A stretch of 61,847 nucleotides of DNA, filler included, from 5 parts of 5 records of this genome joined end to end with filler, not necessarily neighbours in it; one strand, 5' to 3'; counted from the first letter of the whole stretch, positions 1 to 9,158 are shown. The notes: a model not told the origin generated them from the letters alone. Numbers and translations are program-made.

Positions 1-1
1 C

Positions 2-1090
2 CGCATCGTCGAACGCGGCCGCTTCCGCGAAAAAGAGTTGATCGAGATCCTCACTGATCACCCCTTCCCGGTCCGCAACGTCACCCAGAACGTCGCCGAC
101 CTGAAGGCCCAGATCGCAGCCAACGAGAAGGGCGTCGCCGACCTCAGAAAGATGGTCACAGACTTCGGCCTTGAAGTGGTCGAAGCCTATATGGGCCATG
201 TCCAGGACAATGCCGCCGAAAGCGTTGCCCGGGTGATTTCCACCCTGTCGGATTGCGAATACGAATATCCGACCGACACCGGTCAGGTGATCAAGGTGAA
301 GATCTCCGTCGACCGCAACAAACGTGAAGCGACGGTGGATTTCACCGGCACCTCGGATGCCATGGAAAACAACTTCAACGCGCCCGAGCCGGTGGCCCGC
401 GCCGCCGTTCTCTACTGCTTCCGGGTGATGGTCGAAAAGCCGATCCCGATGAACGCCGGCTGTCTCAGGCCGATCCGCATCATCATTCCCGAAGGTTCAA
501 TGCTCAAGCCGGCCTACCCACGCGCCGTCGTTGCCGGCAATGTCGAAACATCGCAGCACGTCACCAACGCCATCTTTGGCGCACTGGGCGCACTGGCCAA
601 CAGCCAGGGCACGATGAACAACCTGACCTTCGGCAACGCCAAGCACCAGTACTACGAGACCATCTGTTCGGGCTCGCCGGCGGGTTACGAGAATTCCGGC
701 CGCGGTTTCAACGGCACCTCGGGCGTTCACACCCACATGACCAACTCGCGGCTCACTGATCCGGAAATCCTCGAAATGCGTTTCCCGGTCGAGCTCGAAG
801 ATTTCCACATCCGTGACGGCTCCGGTGGGGGCGGAAAATTCAGCGCCGGCAACGGCACCAAGCGTACCATCCGCTTCCTCGAGCGTATGGATCTGGCAAT
901 CCTCTCGTCGCATCGCAACCGTCCGCCACTCGGCATCGACGGGGGCGGAGAAGGCCAGGTCGGCAAGACCGAGGTGCGGCGCCGCGACGGAACCATCGAA
1001 ACATTGAAAGCCTGCGACCAGACCGTGCTGGAAGCCGGTGAAGCGGTGATCCTGACCACCCCGACTGCAGGCGGCGCCGGCAAGGCCTGA
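2..1090 (+). CDS. Hydantoinase B/5-oxoprolinase family protein, C-terminal part (5'-truncated by window edge)
   Basis: Frame open from window start; family motifs [56 protein letters not shown]. Confidence 0.9.
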   Translation, partial: RIVERGRFREKELIEILTDHPFPVRNVTQNVADLKAQIAANEKGVADLRKMVTDFGLEVVEAYMGHVQDNAAESVARVISTLSDCEYEYPTDTGQVIKVKISVDRNKREATVDFTGTSDAMENNFNAPEPVARAAVLYCFRVMVEKPIPMNAGCLRPIRIIIPEGSMLKPAYPRAVVAGNVETSQHVTNAIFGALGALANSQGTMNNLTFGNAKHQYYETICSGSPAGYENSGRGFNGTSGVHTHMTNSRLTDPEILEMRFPVELEDFHIRDGSGGGGKFSAGNGTKRTIRFLERMDLAILSSHRNRPPLGIDGGGEGQVGKTEVRRRDGTIETLKACDQTVLEAGEAVILTTPTAGGAGKA

Positions 1091-1098
1091 TGAGCAGT

Positions 1099-1222
1099 GC
1101 ATGTCCCGGTTGGATGATTTCATTCCAGCGGGACATGCCTTCTGTGAAGCCTCTGGAAGGAATTGGCCAAAGCATCCCTGCAACTTGCCCCGAACTGCCG
1201 CATTATAGCGCGGCAGTTCGGG
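1099..1222. repeat. Two inverted repeats between convergent genes (10-bp arms 1099-1108/1129-1138; 13-bp arms 1189-1201/1210-1222); terminator or REP/RIME-like
   Basis: GCATGTCCCG...CGGGACATGC and CCCGAACTGCCGC-N8-GCGGCAGTTCGGG read directly. Confidence 0.6.
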
Positions 1223-1309
1223 CCAACACTCCTCGTCCCGCGCCCCCTGCAATACTGCTGGTGTAAGACAGCCCCGGCCTTATCGGCAGGTCCAGCACCG
1301 GCAACACCG

Positions 1310-1771
1310 TCAACCGGCTTGTAACAATGCAGTCCGCAGCTCCGCCGCTGTGGTCGCCAATTCCTGCGAGGGCGGCATCGGTATCGCGCGGTATGTCACT
1401 GTCTCCTCGGCGATATAGCGCCGCGAGGTAACATCGTCGCCTTTGACCATGGGGACGAGATGCGCATGAGCATGCGCGACGTCGCCACCCGTGAACATGA
1501 AGGCAACGCGAGCTACGCCATAAAGCTGTTTCTGCACGCGCGCGATCTTCTGTCCCAACACCATGATCGTGGCCGCCAACCCCTCCGGCAAGTCCTCAAA
1601 ATAGGGATGGTGAGCGCGCGGGATTATCTGCACGTGGCCGGTACGGATTGGCCCGATATCGAGAAACGCCAGCACCTGGTCGTCCTCATGGATCACATGC
1701 GCCGGAATCTCTCCCCGACCGATTCTGCAGAATAGACAGGGCCGCGGCGCGTCGGAGTGTTTGTGTACCAT
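1310..1771 (-). CDS. HIT (histidine triad) family nucleotide hydrolase
   Basis: CLFCRI start, AFLDIGP..GH.QIIP, HAHAHLV triad; start moved to ATG 1771 (MVHKHS). Confidence 0.92.
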   Translation of the reverse strand: MVHKHSDAPRPCLFCRIGRGEIPAHVIHEDDQVLAFLDIGPIRTGHVQIIPRAHHPYFEDLPEGLAATIMVLGQKIARVQKQLYGVARVAFMFTGGDVAHAHAHLVPMVKGDDVTSRRYIAEETVTYRAIPMPPSQELATTAAELRTALLQAG

Positions 1772-1915
1772 GGCGCATTCCCCGAAAGACCGCAGACCAG
1801 AGCGGCAATCGCAAGTACTCCGCAAAAATCCGTCGCTTTGATCGAGCAATACTTTCATTCTGCAGCAATACAGGCAAGACTGTCGGCACAATGATTTGTG
1901 TGAGGGGGCTCTTCA

Positions 1916-2209
1916 ATGCGCGATTTGAACAAGATGACGGCGGATGATTTTTCCGGACTGGCGGACCGGAGCTTCGTCATTACATCAGCGGAAGCAGAGG
2001 TGCCAATAGAGCTCATCGAAGTCAAGAAACTTGGCGCCGGTGAGCGCGTCGGCGGTGCGTTCTCATTGCTGTGGCAAGGGCCGAAGGAGCCTTATCTGTC
2101 TCAACAGACTTTCCAGGTTTCACACCCCGAAATCGGCGAGCACGCCATCTTTCTCGTGCCCGTAGCCGAGAAAACCATCGGCTTTCAGTACGAAGCGATT
2201 TTCACCTGA
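1916..2209 (+). CDS. DUF6916-like small protein (type commonly found next to tail-collar/GNAT clusters)
   Basis: FSLLWQGP...LSQQTF...H..IG...IFLVPV...YEAIF pattern; GGGG RBS-like site upstream. Confidence 0.75.
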   Translation: MRDLNKMTADDFSGLADRSFVITSAEAEVPIELIEVKKLGAGERVGGAFSLLWQGPKEPYLSQQTFQVSHPEIGEHAIFLVPVAEKTIGFQYEAIFT

Positions 2210-2306
2210 TACCCGCTGCACACTGGCTCGGCAGAGCCGCAGCCGCCCGCAAGGCAGGGCGGCGCCTATCGTGTGATCCTTGCCAGATGCCAGATGATGG
2301 ACGGGA

Positions 2307-2855
2307 TCAAACCGCAGGTGTCCAGACCAGGAGATCGTAAACTCCTTTGTCCTCAACGGTTTCGTATCCGAGGCGACGGTAGAGCGACATCGCCGGATTG
2401 ACCTTTTCAACATGAATGCTCACGGCTTTGCCGGCACCCGCTGCCTCTTCGTGCAGATCGAGCAATATTGCCCCGCCAAGACCATGGCCACGGACCGATG
2501 GGATCAGCGCGATATCGATAATGCGGTGTTGATTGCTCCAGCGCTCGAGGTAAAGCCGCCCCACCGGTTGGCCGGCTTTCTCAAGGATCAGCCACAGCGC
2601 CTCGGGATAGTGCTTTTGGTAATGCGTGTGCTGCGCGCGAAATTGCATGTCGATGAAAGACTGCTTCTGCTCTTCACCCCAACCGGTGATCGCCAGCTCA
2701 TCCTCCCGTGTCGAGCGATAAAGCTGCGTCAGAAACGCCACGTCATCATCGGCCATCGGACGCACGAAAACATCCAGCTTGCGCGCCCGGTGAAGATCCG
2801 GCAGATCTGTAATCTCTGCCCCCCTGCCCGGAGCAGCTTCCGCGCCTTGCGCCAT
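2307..2855 (-). CDS. GNAT family N-acetyltransferase
   Basis: IIDIALIPSVRGHGLG acetyl-CoA motif, NPAMSLYRRLGY; ATG at 2855 lies 2 nt past the stop of the upstream propeller gene. Confidence 0.88.
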   Translation of the reverse strand: MAQGAEAAPGRGAEITDLPDLHRARKLDVFVRPMADDDVAFLTQLYRSTREDELAITGWGEEQKQSFIDMQFRAQHTHYQKHYPEALWLILEKAGQPVGRLYLERWSNQHRIIDIALIPSVRGHGLGGAILLDLHEEAAGAGKAVSIHVEKVNPAMSLYRRLGYETVEDKGVYDLLVWTPAV

Positions 2856-2856
2856 C

Positions 2857-4134
2857 TCAGCCGACAGGCGGAGTAAGGTCCCGGACGACACCGTAGGTGA
2901 ACATGCCGGCATTGGCGAGCAAGGTAAATCCCGCGTCCCAGGAGGTGGAATCCAGATCAGCCTGGGTGAGCATGTGCAAGCTGTCGTCCTTGGTGTTGGT
3001 GGTGAAGAACGACAAAACGCCATCGGCATTGTAGTCGGTCGCCAAAATACCAAATCCGGGTGCAATCGCGCTTCTGCGCCAACCGCTCCAGTGCTGGGTC
3101 AGCGGGCTGGTCTGGTAATTGGAGTGAAGCACCTCGTTCACATCAACAGCGAAAAGGATCAGGTTTCCATTCCCCTGCAGCCCACAGGCCAGATTGACAA
3201 GCGGGCTTTCGGTCATGCCCGGCCTGATCCATGTGGCCCAGGTCAACGCGCCCGGTTTGGTTTGCCTGAGTTGAACGACCTGCGTGTTTGCGCCGACCAT
3301 GAAGATATTGACCACACCCTCGGTGTCCAGGGCCATCACCGGCTGGGTATCGGTCGTCCCGCTCGCCGGAGTGTCGATACGTTCCCAGGCGGTCCAGTCG
3401 GAAGGCGACAAAGCCTTGGCGGTTTTCTGCTGGATAACAAAAACCTGCTTGTTTGCCGGCTGCCTACCCGTCGCCACAATCGCGATCCGGCCATCGGCAT
3501 TGTTAGTCAGCGACAAGCCTTCAGCTTCGACGCCAGGGATTTGCTGCCATGCCGACCACGGCTGATCTGGCGGTTCCGGCACCATGACGTGAACCTTTAC
3601 AGGCTTTGTCTGGCCTGGAGGAATGACCTCTTCTGTCTTTTCGACCATCTTGGGCGGGTTCTGGAAGATCCACCACACACCTCCGGTCTGGCCATCCACA
3701 CCAAACACTTCAATCCGCCCGCCGGCATCGCGCGCCATGACAAGTTGCACCAGGCCCGAAGTGCCAGCTGGGTGTCCAAGGTTCACCGGTGCGCTCCAGC
3801 GTTCCTCTCCTGGCGGATTTTCGACCGCTTCGTCGATATAGTGAACCTCGGCGCTGCCCACAGTTTCGGCGACCACGGCCACGCGCCCGTCAATGGTACA
3901 TCCTGTTCCCAGAATCCGATACGCGGTTTTGCTGAACGGGGTCCAGGCGTCACCCCAGCTGCCATTCGGCGCGCCCTGCGCTTTCCAGACCAATTTGTTG
4001 CCCTGCCCGCTGTCGATGGCAACGATCATCAACCGCGACAACTCGAAAAACGGCGCCGACAGAGCCTTGCCTTCTCCCGGCATGTATACATCGTCGTCTT
4101 TATGGTCGTGTGTTTGAGAATGTTGATTGGTCAT
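2857..4134 (-). CDS. PLL-lectin-like beta-propeller repeat protein (about 425 aa, no signal peptide)
   Basis: Six to seven repeats of xxDG-R/V-hydrophobic-x-hydrophobic-F...Q...W-x-x-W (e.g. DAGGRIEVFGVDG, NADGRIAIVATG, DTEGVVNIFMVG..WATW, QGNGNLILFAVD..WSGW, NADGVLSFFTT); AAGGAA RBS before ATG 4134. Confidence 0.7.
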   Translation of the reverse strand: MTNQHSQTHDHKDDDVYMPGEGKALSAPFFELSRLMIVAIDSGQGNKLVWKAQGAPNGSWGDAWTPFSKTAYRILGTGCTIDGRVAVVAETVGSAEVHYIDEAVENPPGEERWSAPVNLGHPAGTSGLVQLVMARDAGGRIEVFGVDGQTGGVWWIFQNPPKMVEKTEEVIPPGQTKPVKVHVMVPEPPDQPWSAWQQIPGVEAEGLSLTNNADGRIAIVATGRQPANKQVFVIQQKTAKALSPSDWTAWERIDTPASGTTDTQPVMALDTEGVVNIFMVGANTQVVQLRQTKPGALTWATWIRPGMTESPLVNLACGLQGNGNLILFAVDVNEVLHSNYQTSPLTQHWSGWRRSAIAPGFGILATDYNADGVLSFFTTNTKDDSLHMLTQADLDSTSWDAGFTLLANAGMFTYGVVRDLTPPVG

Positions 4135-4172
4135 CGTGTATTCCTTTGGCAAGCAAAAGGTCTGACTGAGCG

Positions 4173-4703
4173 TCAACCGCGCGAGGGGTAAAGGCCTTGC
4201 AACGCAATGATGAAATTCAACACCAGATAGGGCTGCATGTTCTGATGTGCCTGGCTACCACCTGTACTACTCAGGGTTTCTGGGGACATACTCACGACGT
4301 TATTGGTAATGTCGGTTTGATAAAGGTTATCGCCAAATCCGGCTGTGGCGATAGAAGCCGAGTTGCCGGGCATGTTGCCCGTTCCCGGGCTGGAACTCGC
4401 CCGAACGGTGTGATTGTGCGAAGGGATTTGCGCTTCCGTCAACGTGACCGTTTCCACTCCAAGCTTCTGCCCCAGCCGCCGTTCAGTCAATCCGGGGCCG
4501 CGGCCGGGATGCATCGGCGCCCGTCCCTCCAAATTGGGCAGCGCGGTTGTCGTGCGCCCGTCGCCGCCATAGGTGGTTCCGATCAGGGAGAACAACGCGG
4601 TATTATTGGAGACCGGTAGCAGTTGCCCGTCACAGAAGGCCCAGCTACGCGGCGCGAAATTACCAGCAAAAATCCGGATTTCAGCAATAAACGGTTCCGA
4701 CAT
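4173..4703 (-). CDS. Phage tail-collar domain protein (microcystin-dependent protein MdpB-like), copy 3
   Basis: MSEPFIAEIRIFAGNFAPRSWAFCDGQLL, LFSLIGTTYGGDG, SHNH, HQNMQP..FIIALQGLYPSR. Confidence 0.92.
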   Translation of the reverse strand: MSEPFIAEIRIFAGNFAPRSWAFCDGQLLPVSNNTALFSLIGTTYGGDGRTTTALPNLEGRAPMHPGRGPGLTERRLGQKLGVETVTLTEAQIPSHNHTVRASSSPGTGNMPGNSASIATAGFGDNLYQTDITNNVVSMSPETLSSTGGSQAHQNMQPYLVLNFIIALQGLYPSRG

Positions 4704-4714
4704 GTCCTGACCTC

Positions 4715-5233
4715 CTAATTACGGCTCGGGTAAATACCAAACATCGCAATGATGAAATGGACGCACAGCGTCGGCATCAAGTTGACGTGGGATTGGCTGC
4801 CGCCAGTACGAGCAATCATGTCGGACGCCATATTCGCGTTCTGGGCTTCTTCCCGGTAGAAATTCACTCCGCTCCCCTGCGCAACAACCTTGTCCGCCGG
4901 GCTCTGGCCGTTTGCCAGCTCCGTGTTGGCCGTAAAATCATGGGAATGGCTGGCAAGTTGATTGGTGGTGATCGTCTCGTATTCCAGACCCGCTTTCGAT
5001 CCGAGACGCCGGGGGCTCAAACCCGGTCCGGTGCCCTGATGCACCGGAACACGGCCGCGGACGTCAGGAAGACCAAAGGTCGTCCTGCCATCCCCCCCAT
5101 AAATGGTTCCCAGTAACGAAAACAGGGCATCATTTTGCGACACAGCCAACAACTGACCGTCGCAAAAGGCCCACCCGCGTGGCGCAAAATTTCCGGCAAA
5201 CATGCGGATTTCGCCGACATAAGGTTCTGACAT
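4715..5233 (-). CDS. Phage tail-collar domain protein (MdpB-like), copy 2
   Basis: MSEPYVGEIRMFAGNFAPRGWAFCDGQLL, YGGDGRTTFGLPD, SHSH, C-terminal GIYPSRN; GGAGG RBS before ATG 5233. Confidence 0.92.
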   Translation of the reverse strand: MSEPYVGEIRMFAGNFAPRGWAFCDGQLLAVSQNDALFSLLGTIYGGDGRTTFGLPDVRGRVPVHQGTGPGLSPRRLGSKAGLEYETITTNQLASHSHDFTANTELANGQSPADKVVAQGSGVNFYREEAQNANMASDMIARTGGSQSHVNLMPTLCVHFIIAMFGIYPSRN

Positions 5234-5249
5234 CCCGTGTCCTCCAGGG

Positions 5250-5762
5250 CTAGTTGCGCGAGGGAAACAGCCCCTGAAGGGCAATGCAAAAAGTAAGCGT
5301 AACGTAGGGCTGCATGTTGTTATGCGCCTGCCCGCCTCCGCCATTGGCAACTGTACCGCTCCGCAACACGATCATGCCACCGGCCTCGTACTCTCGATAA
5401 GGAGCATCTGGCGGGACCTCGGCGGCGAACAGTCCGCTTGCTGGCCCTTTGGCGTTCGCAGTGGCTGAAGACGCCTTCACCTCGTGCTTATGGTTCGGAA
5501 TTTCTGAGCCATTGAGAGTTACCGTTTCCGCGCCACTTTTCTCCCCCAGACGCATGCCGCCACTGTGGTGGACGGGGGTCCGACCGCGCAGATCCGGCAG
5601 GGCAAATGATGTGCGGCCATCCCCTCCATAGGTGGTCCCGAGCAGCGAATAGAGCGACTGGTTCTGGTTAATAGGCAGGATTTGCCCATCGAGATAAGCC
5701 CAGCCGCGCGGCGCGAAATTGAAACCCATCATTCGGACTTCGGCTAGAAAAGGTTCTGACAT
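5250..5762 (-). CDS. Phage tail-collar domain protein (MdpB-like), copy 1
   Basis: MSEPFLAEVRMMGFNFAPRGWAYLDGQIL, YGGDGRTSFALPDLRGR, NHKH, C-terminal GLFPSRN. Confidence 0.92.
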   Translation of the reverse strand: MSEPFLAEVRMMGFNFAPRGWAYLDGQILPINQNQSLYSLLGTTYGGDGRTSFALPDLRGRTPVHHSGGMRLGEKSGAETVTLNGSEIPNHKHEVKASSATANAKGPASGLFAAEVPPDAPYREYEAGGMIVLRSGTVANGGGGQAHNNMQPYVTLTFCIALQGLFPSRN

Positions 5763-5789
5763 GATCCCCCCAAATTTGCGCAAAACCAA

Positions 5790-6060
5790 ACAACAACGCT
5801 CAGCACTCAACTGAACGGAGCTCAATAACAAAATGATTTTTTATTACTAATTAGCCAAATTATGGCAATAAGATTATTGCACGATGAAAAACTGCATTGC
5901 AAATAAAATATGAGAAATTCAAAACATATACAGTCATGACATTTGTATTTTGATCACGAAATATAAAACCATTTAACTCTCAGAATTCTACAATAGATAT
6001 TCTATCCATTTAATTTCGTTCGATAAATTGAATGATGATGCATGACCCATGGCTTATTGT
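5790..6060 (-). promoter_or_regulatory. AT-rich upstream region of the tail-collar operon with palindrome GCAATAA-GA-TTATTGC (5865-5880)
   Basis: Much lower GC than flanks, no credible ORF; 7-2-7 inverted repeat seen directly. Confidence 0.5.
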
Positions 6061-6369
6061 CATGCCGAAACCCAACGGACGAGAAGAATGAAATCTCTAC
6101 GTGGAGAGTGTTGCTTCAAAATCCCCGCTGGAGTTCGAAGCAAGCATGATCGAACCGCGGGGCGCGGAACGCGCGCCCACCCGGCTCCGCAGAAAACCAG
6201 AGCTGCGGTCAGAACAGCGTTCGCCTGACAGGACGGTGCTCTTCAGCACCGCCGGAACACTTTGAAATCACGCATATACGGTCGCGCTCAAATGAACCCC
6301 TTTGAGCGCGACAAGCATGAGCATCGCAATATCCTGTACGTGCTGCACGAAACACCCTGGAAAGGGCTT

Positions 6370-7971
6370 TCAGCCGAATTTCCGTAAATCGGCCGCAGGA
6401 GCCTTGCACTGCATGTCCTCGTTTGTGGCTGTAAAATACTGCGAGGTCTGCAGCCCGCAAAGCCGGGAGCCGACATAGGCACCCTGCACATGCTCGGCAC
6501 CAGCGGCACAGGCGCTTTTGAAATCATCCTCACTGTCGACCCGGGTCAGGATGACAGGTGTTTCAACAGTCGTGGCGAGCTGCAGGAACAGCGTCAGCAT
6601 CTGGTTGAGCCTTTGTTCGCCCGCAAGAGAGCGGATACGGGAAAGATCAAAGCAGACACGATCAACCGGGAAGTCCCGGGCCATGGACAAACCCGCTATG
6701 CTGGCAGCCAGCTCGCTGACGGCAATCTTCACACCATTTTCCCGCAAGCGCTCGAGATTGGCGAGCACGATGCCGCCCTCGCGCTTGGTTGCATTGTGCT
6801 CAACGTCGAGGACCAGACGGCTCGGCTCCAATCCTGCCTTCGTCAGCGCACGGATGACCGAGTCGGCGAATGACGGGTCGCGCAACTGAACCGCCGAGAC
6901 AGGCAATGTGATATCGGCTTTACAGCGCCACCCCTTTGCATCCTGAAGCGCCTTTTCGAGCATCCATTTACCGAGCGGCAGGATCAGGCCGCTCTCTTCA
7001 GCCATCGGCAGAAACTCTTTCTGCTCCAGATCATTTTCCTGCGGCCGGCTCCAGCGCACCCGCACGGAAAAGCCGGACACCGAAAGTGTCGAGGCTCTCA
7101 ACACCGGCAGATAATCCAGATGAAACGCTCCGCTGGAAATTCCCTTGCGCATTTCGGCTTCCATCTGCTGGCGCTGCCGGTGTATGCCTTCCATGTCGTG
7201 GGTAAACAGACTGTGGCTGGAGCCCGACTTTTCCTTGGCATGATAGAGCGCGATGTCAGCGCGTTTGAGCAGTTCTGACAGCGTTGTGACGCCGGACTCC
7301 GTCACCGCAGAACCAATGCTGCCGGCAGTATCAATCCAGCCCATGGCGCTTTCCACCGGGCGGAACACAAAAGCTGCCAGGCCATCGCAATAGCTTGAAA
7401 TCGTCTCGGCACCGGGCGCGTCTTCCCAAAGAAGCACGAACTCGTCGCCTCCCAGCCGGTAAACCTGTTGATTGGCAGTGCAATAGGACCTCAATCGGTC
7501 TGCCAGCGTCTTGAGCACAAGATCACCGGCGGCATGGCCCATCGTGTCATTGATGTATTTGAAACGATCCAGATCGAACAGCAGCAATGCAGCCGGCGAT
7601 GACTGGCTCGACTTGCAACTGATGATCCGTTCCAGGTCTTCACTCAACGCACGGCGATTGTGCAATCCTGTCAGACAGTCGTGATAGGCTGCTCTGCGCA
7701 ACTGCTCGGTGACAGCACGCTCGCTCCGGATCTGCCGAGCAAGGCGATCATGGCGATAGCCAAGTCCTGCAATCAGTGCTGTGATACCCAAAGGGGCTGC
7801 AATTGCAGCCAGCCCGAACGGGCTGGTGAGAAATTCATAGCCCGCATGCGCCATACTGGCGCCGAAAACCATTTCATAAGCGATAGCCGCCAGAGGCGTG
7901 ACCATTGCGACAACCAAACCAGCGATTGCATATCGCCTGAATGCGTTTGGCACATATGAATTCAGCATCAT
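6370..7971 (-). CDS. Membrane-anchored GGDEF-EAL protein (intact GGDEF, degenerate EAL)
   Basis: Two N-terminal TM segments; HDCLTGLHNRR, FDLDRFKYINDTMGH, RLGGDEF; EAL replaced by SVRVRW and DDFGTG by SELAAS. Confidence 0.9.
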   Translation of the reverse strand: MMLNSYVPNAFRRYAIAGLVVAMVTPLAAIAYEMVFGASMAHAGYEFLTSPFGLAAIAAPLGITALIAGLGYRHDRLARQIRSERAVTEQLRRAAYHDCLTGLHNRRALSEDLERIISCKSSQSSPAALLLFDLDRFKYINDTMGHAAGDLVLKTLADRLRSYCTANQQVYRLGGDEFVLLWEDAPGAETISSYCDGLAAFVFRPVESAMGWIDTAGSIGSAVTESGVTTLSELLKRADIALYHAKEKSGSSHSLFTHDMEGIHRQRQQMEAEMRKGISSGAFHLDYLPVLRASTLSVSGFSVRVRWSRPQENDLEQKEFLPMAEESGLILPLGKWMLEKALQDAKGWRCKADITLPVSAVQLRDPSFADSVIRALTKAGLEPSRLVLDVEHNATKREGGIVLANLERLRENGVKIAVSELAASIAGLSMARDFPVDRVCFDLSRIRSLAGEQRLNQMLTLFLQLATTVETPVILTRVDSEDDFKSACAAGAEHVQGAYVGSRLCGLQTSQYFTATNEDMQCKAPAADLRKFG

Positions 7972-8210
7972 GCTAAATACTCCTGTTCCGGAAGCGAAGA
8001 TGCACCGGAAGGGTTTAACAAAAAGTCACCCACAATTTGTGATGGTAAATTTTTGATTTAACACGTTTTTCAAAATTTAAGGATTTGCCGCTAAACCGGG
8101 ATGGAATCCCGTTTTGACGCATCGAAAAGCTGTAGCAGACCGGAGGCAGGCCGAAGCGAAATCGGCTCAACACACTGTTCCCAATCTCAGATTCGCCAGA
8201 AGGCAGATCC

Positions 8211-9158
8211 ATGTCGACCCGCCAGATCTTTTTCACGCTTTCAATGAATTTTTCTTCATTGCGCAAACTGGCAATACGGACAGGTCCGTCTTCGTTAAGG
8301 CCCCCGTCACGCAAACCGCTGGCTTTTCCGGCACTTCTGGTATCCGTCGCGATCGGCCTGAGCGCATGCAGTTCCGGAAGCCTGGAGGATGGCCTCCAGC
8401 CGATCGGCAATTCGAAGCGCTCTCAAGCCGTGTCGATCAAGCCCAATGTCAAGAAGCTGCCGCCGCCCGGCAATGGCCGCTATGGAGACAGCAAGCCTGT
8501 CGATTTCGGCAAGCACCACCCCGACCGTTATCCGGTTCACGGCATCGACATCTCCAAGTGGCAGGGCGACATAGACTGGAGCGAGGTCCGCAAGGCCGGC
8601 GTAGCCTTTGTCTTCATGAAAGCGACTGAGGGCGGCGATCACACCGATGCCCGTTTCGAGAGCTACTGGCGCGGTGCGCGCGCGGCCGGCATCGCCCACG
8701 CGCCCTATCATTTTTATTATTTCTGCCGGCCGGCGAGCGAACAGGCGGCCTGGTTCATCGCCAATGTACCGCGCGAGGCAGTCCAGATGCCGCCGGTCCT
8801 CGATGTCGAGTGGAACCATGCTTCGAGAACCTGCACCAGCCGCCCGGATCCTGAAACCGTGCGGACGGAAATGAAACTCTGGATGGACATCGTCGGGCGC
8901 CATTACGGCAAGCGGCCAATCATCTACACCCCTGTCGACTTTCACCGCGAGAACCTCGACGGTCACTTCAAGGGTTACCAGTTCTGGCTGCGTTCAGTCG
9001 CTGCGCACCCGCAGGACATCTATCCTGACCACCCCTGGACCTTCTGGCAGTACACCGGCACCGGCATGATGAACGGCATCAAGGGCGATACCGACATCAA
9101 CGCTTTTGCCGGAAGCAAGAACCAATGGCGCGAGTGGCTGCAGAAATACGCCCGCTGA
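8211..9158 (+). CDS. GH25 family lysozyme/muramidase, probable lipoprotein (start uncertain)
   Basis: Lipobox LSAC; HGIDISKWQG, FVFMKATEG, YHFYYFC, LDVE, WTFWQYT, DTDIN. Confidence 0.92.
   Translation: MSTRQIFFTLSMNFSSLRKLAIRTGPSSLRPPSRKPLAFPALLVSVAIGLSACSSGSLEDGLQPIGNSKRSQAVSIKPNVKKLPPPGNGRYGDSKPVDFGKHHPDRYPVHGIDISKWQGDIDWSEVRKAGVAFVFMKATEGGDHTDARFESYWRGARAAGIAHAPYHFYYFCRPASEQAAWFIANVPREAVQMPPVLDVEWNHASRTCTSRPDPETVRTEMKLWMDIVGRHYGKRPIIYTPVDFHRENLDGHFKGYQFWLRSVAAHPQDIYPDHPWTFWQYTGTGMMNGIKGDTDINAFAGSKNQWREWLQKYAR

Noticed and set aside
4173-5762. Prophage, tailocin or eCIS call based on tail-collar genes
   Set aside because: No other structural, packaging or integration genes on the contig; flanks are ordinary chromosomal genes
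6060-6369. c-di-GMP or other known riboswitch
   Set aside because: Hairpins are present but I could not find the conserved aptamer motifs by eye; needs an Rfam scan
7990-8100. CtrA box upstream of the GGDEF-EAL gene (and in 23240-23430)
   Set aside because: Several TTAA half-sites but none with the TTAA-N7-TTAA spacing
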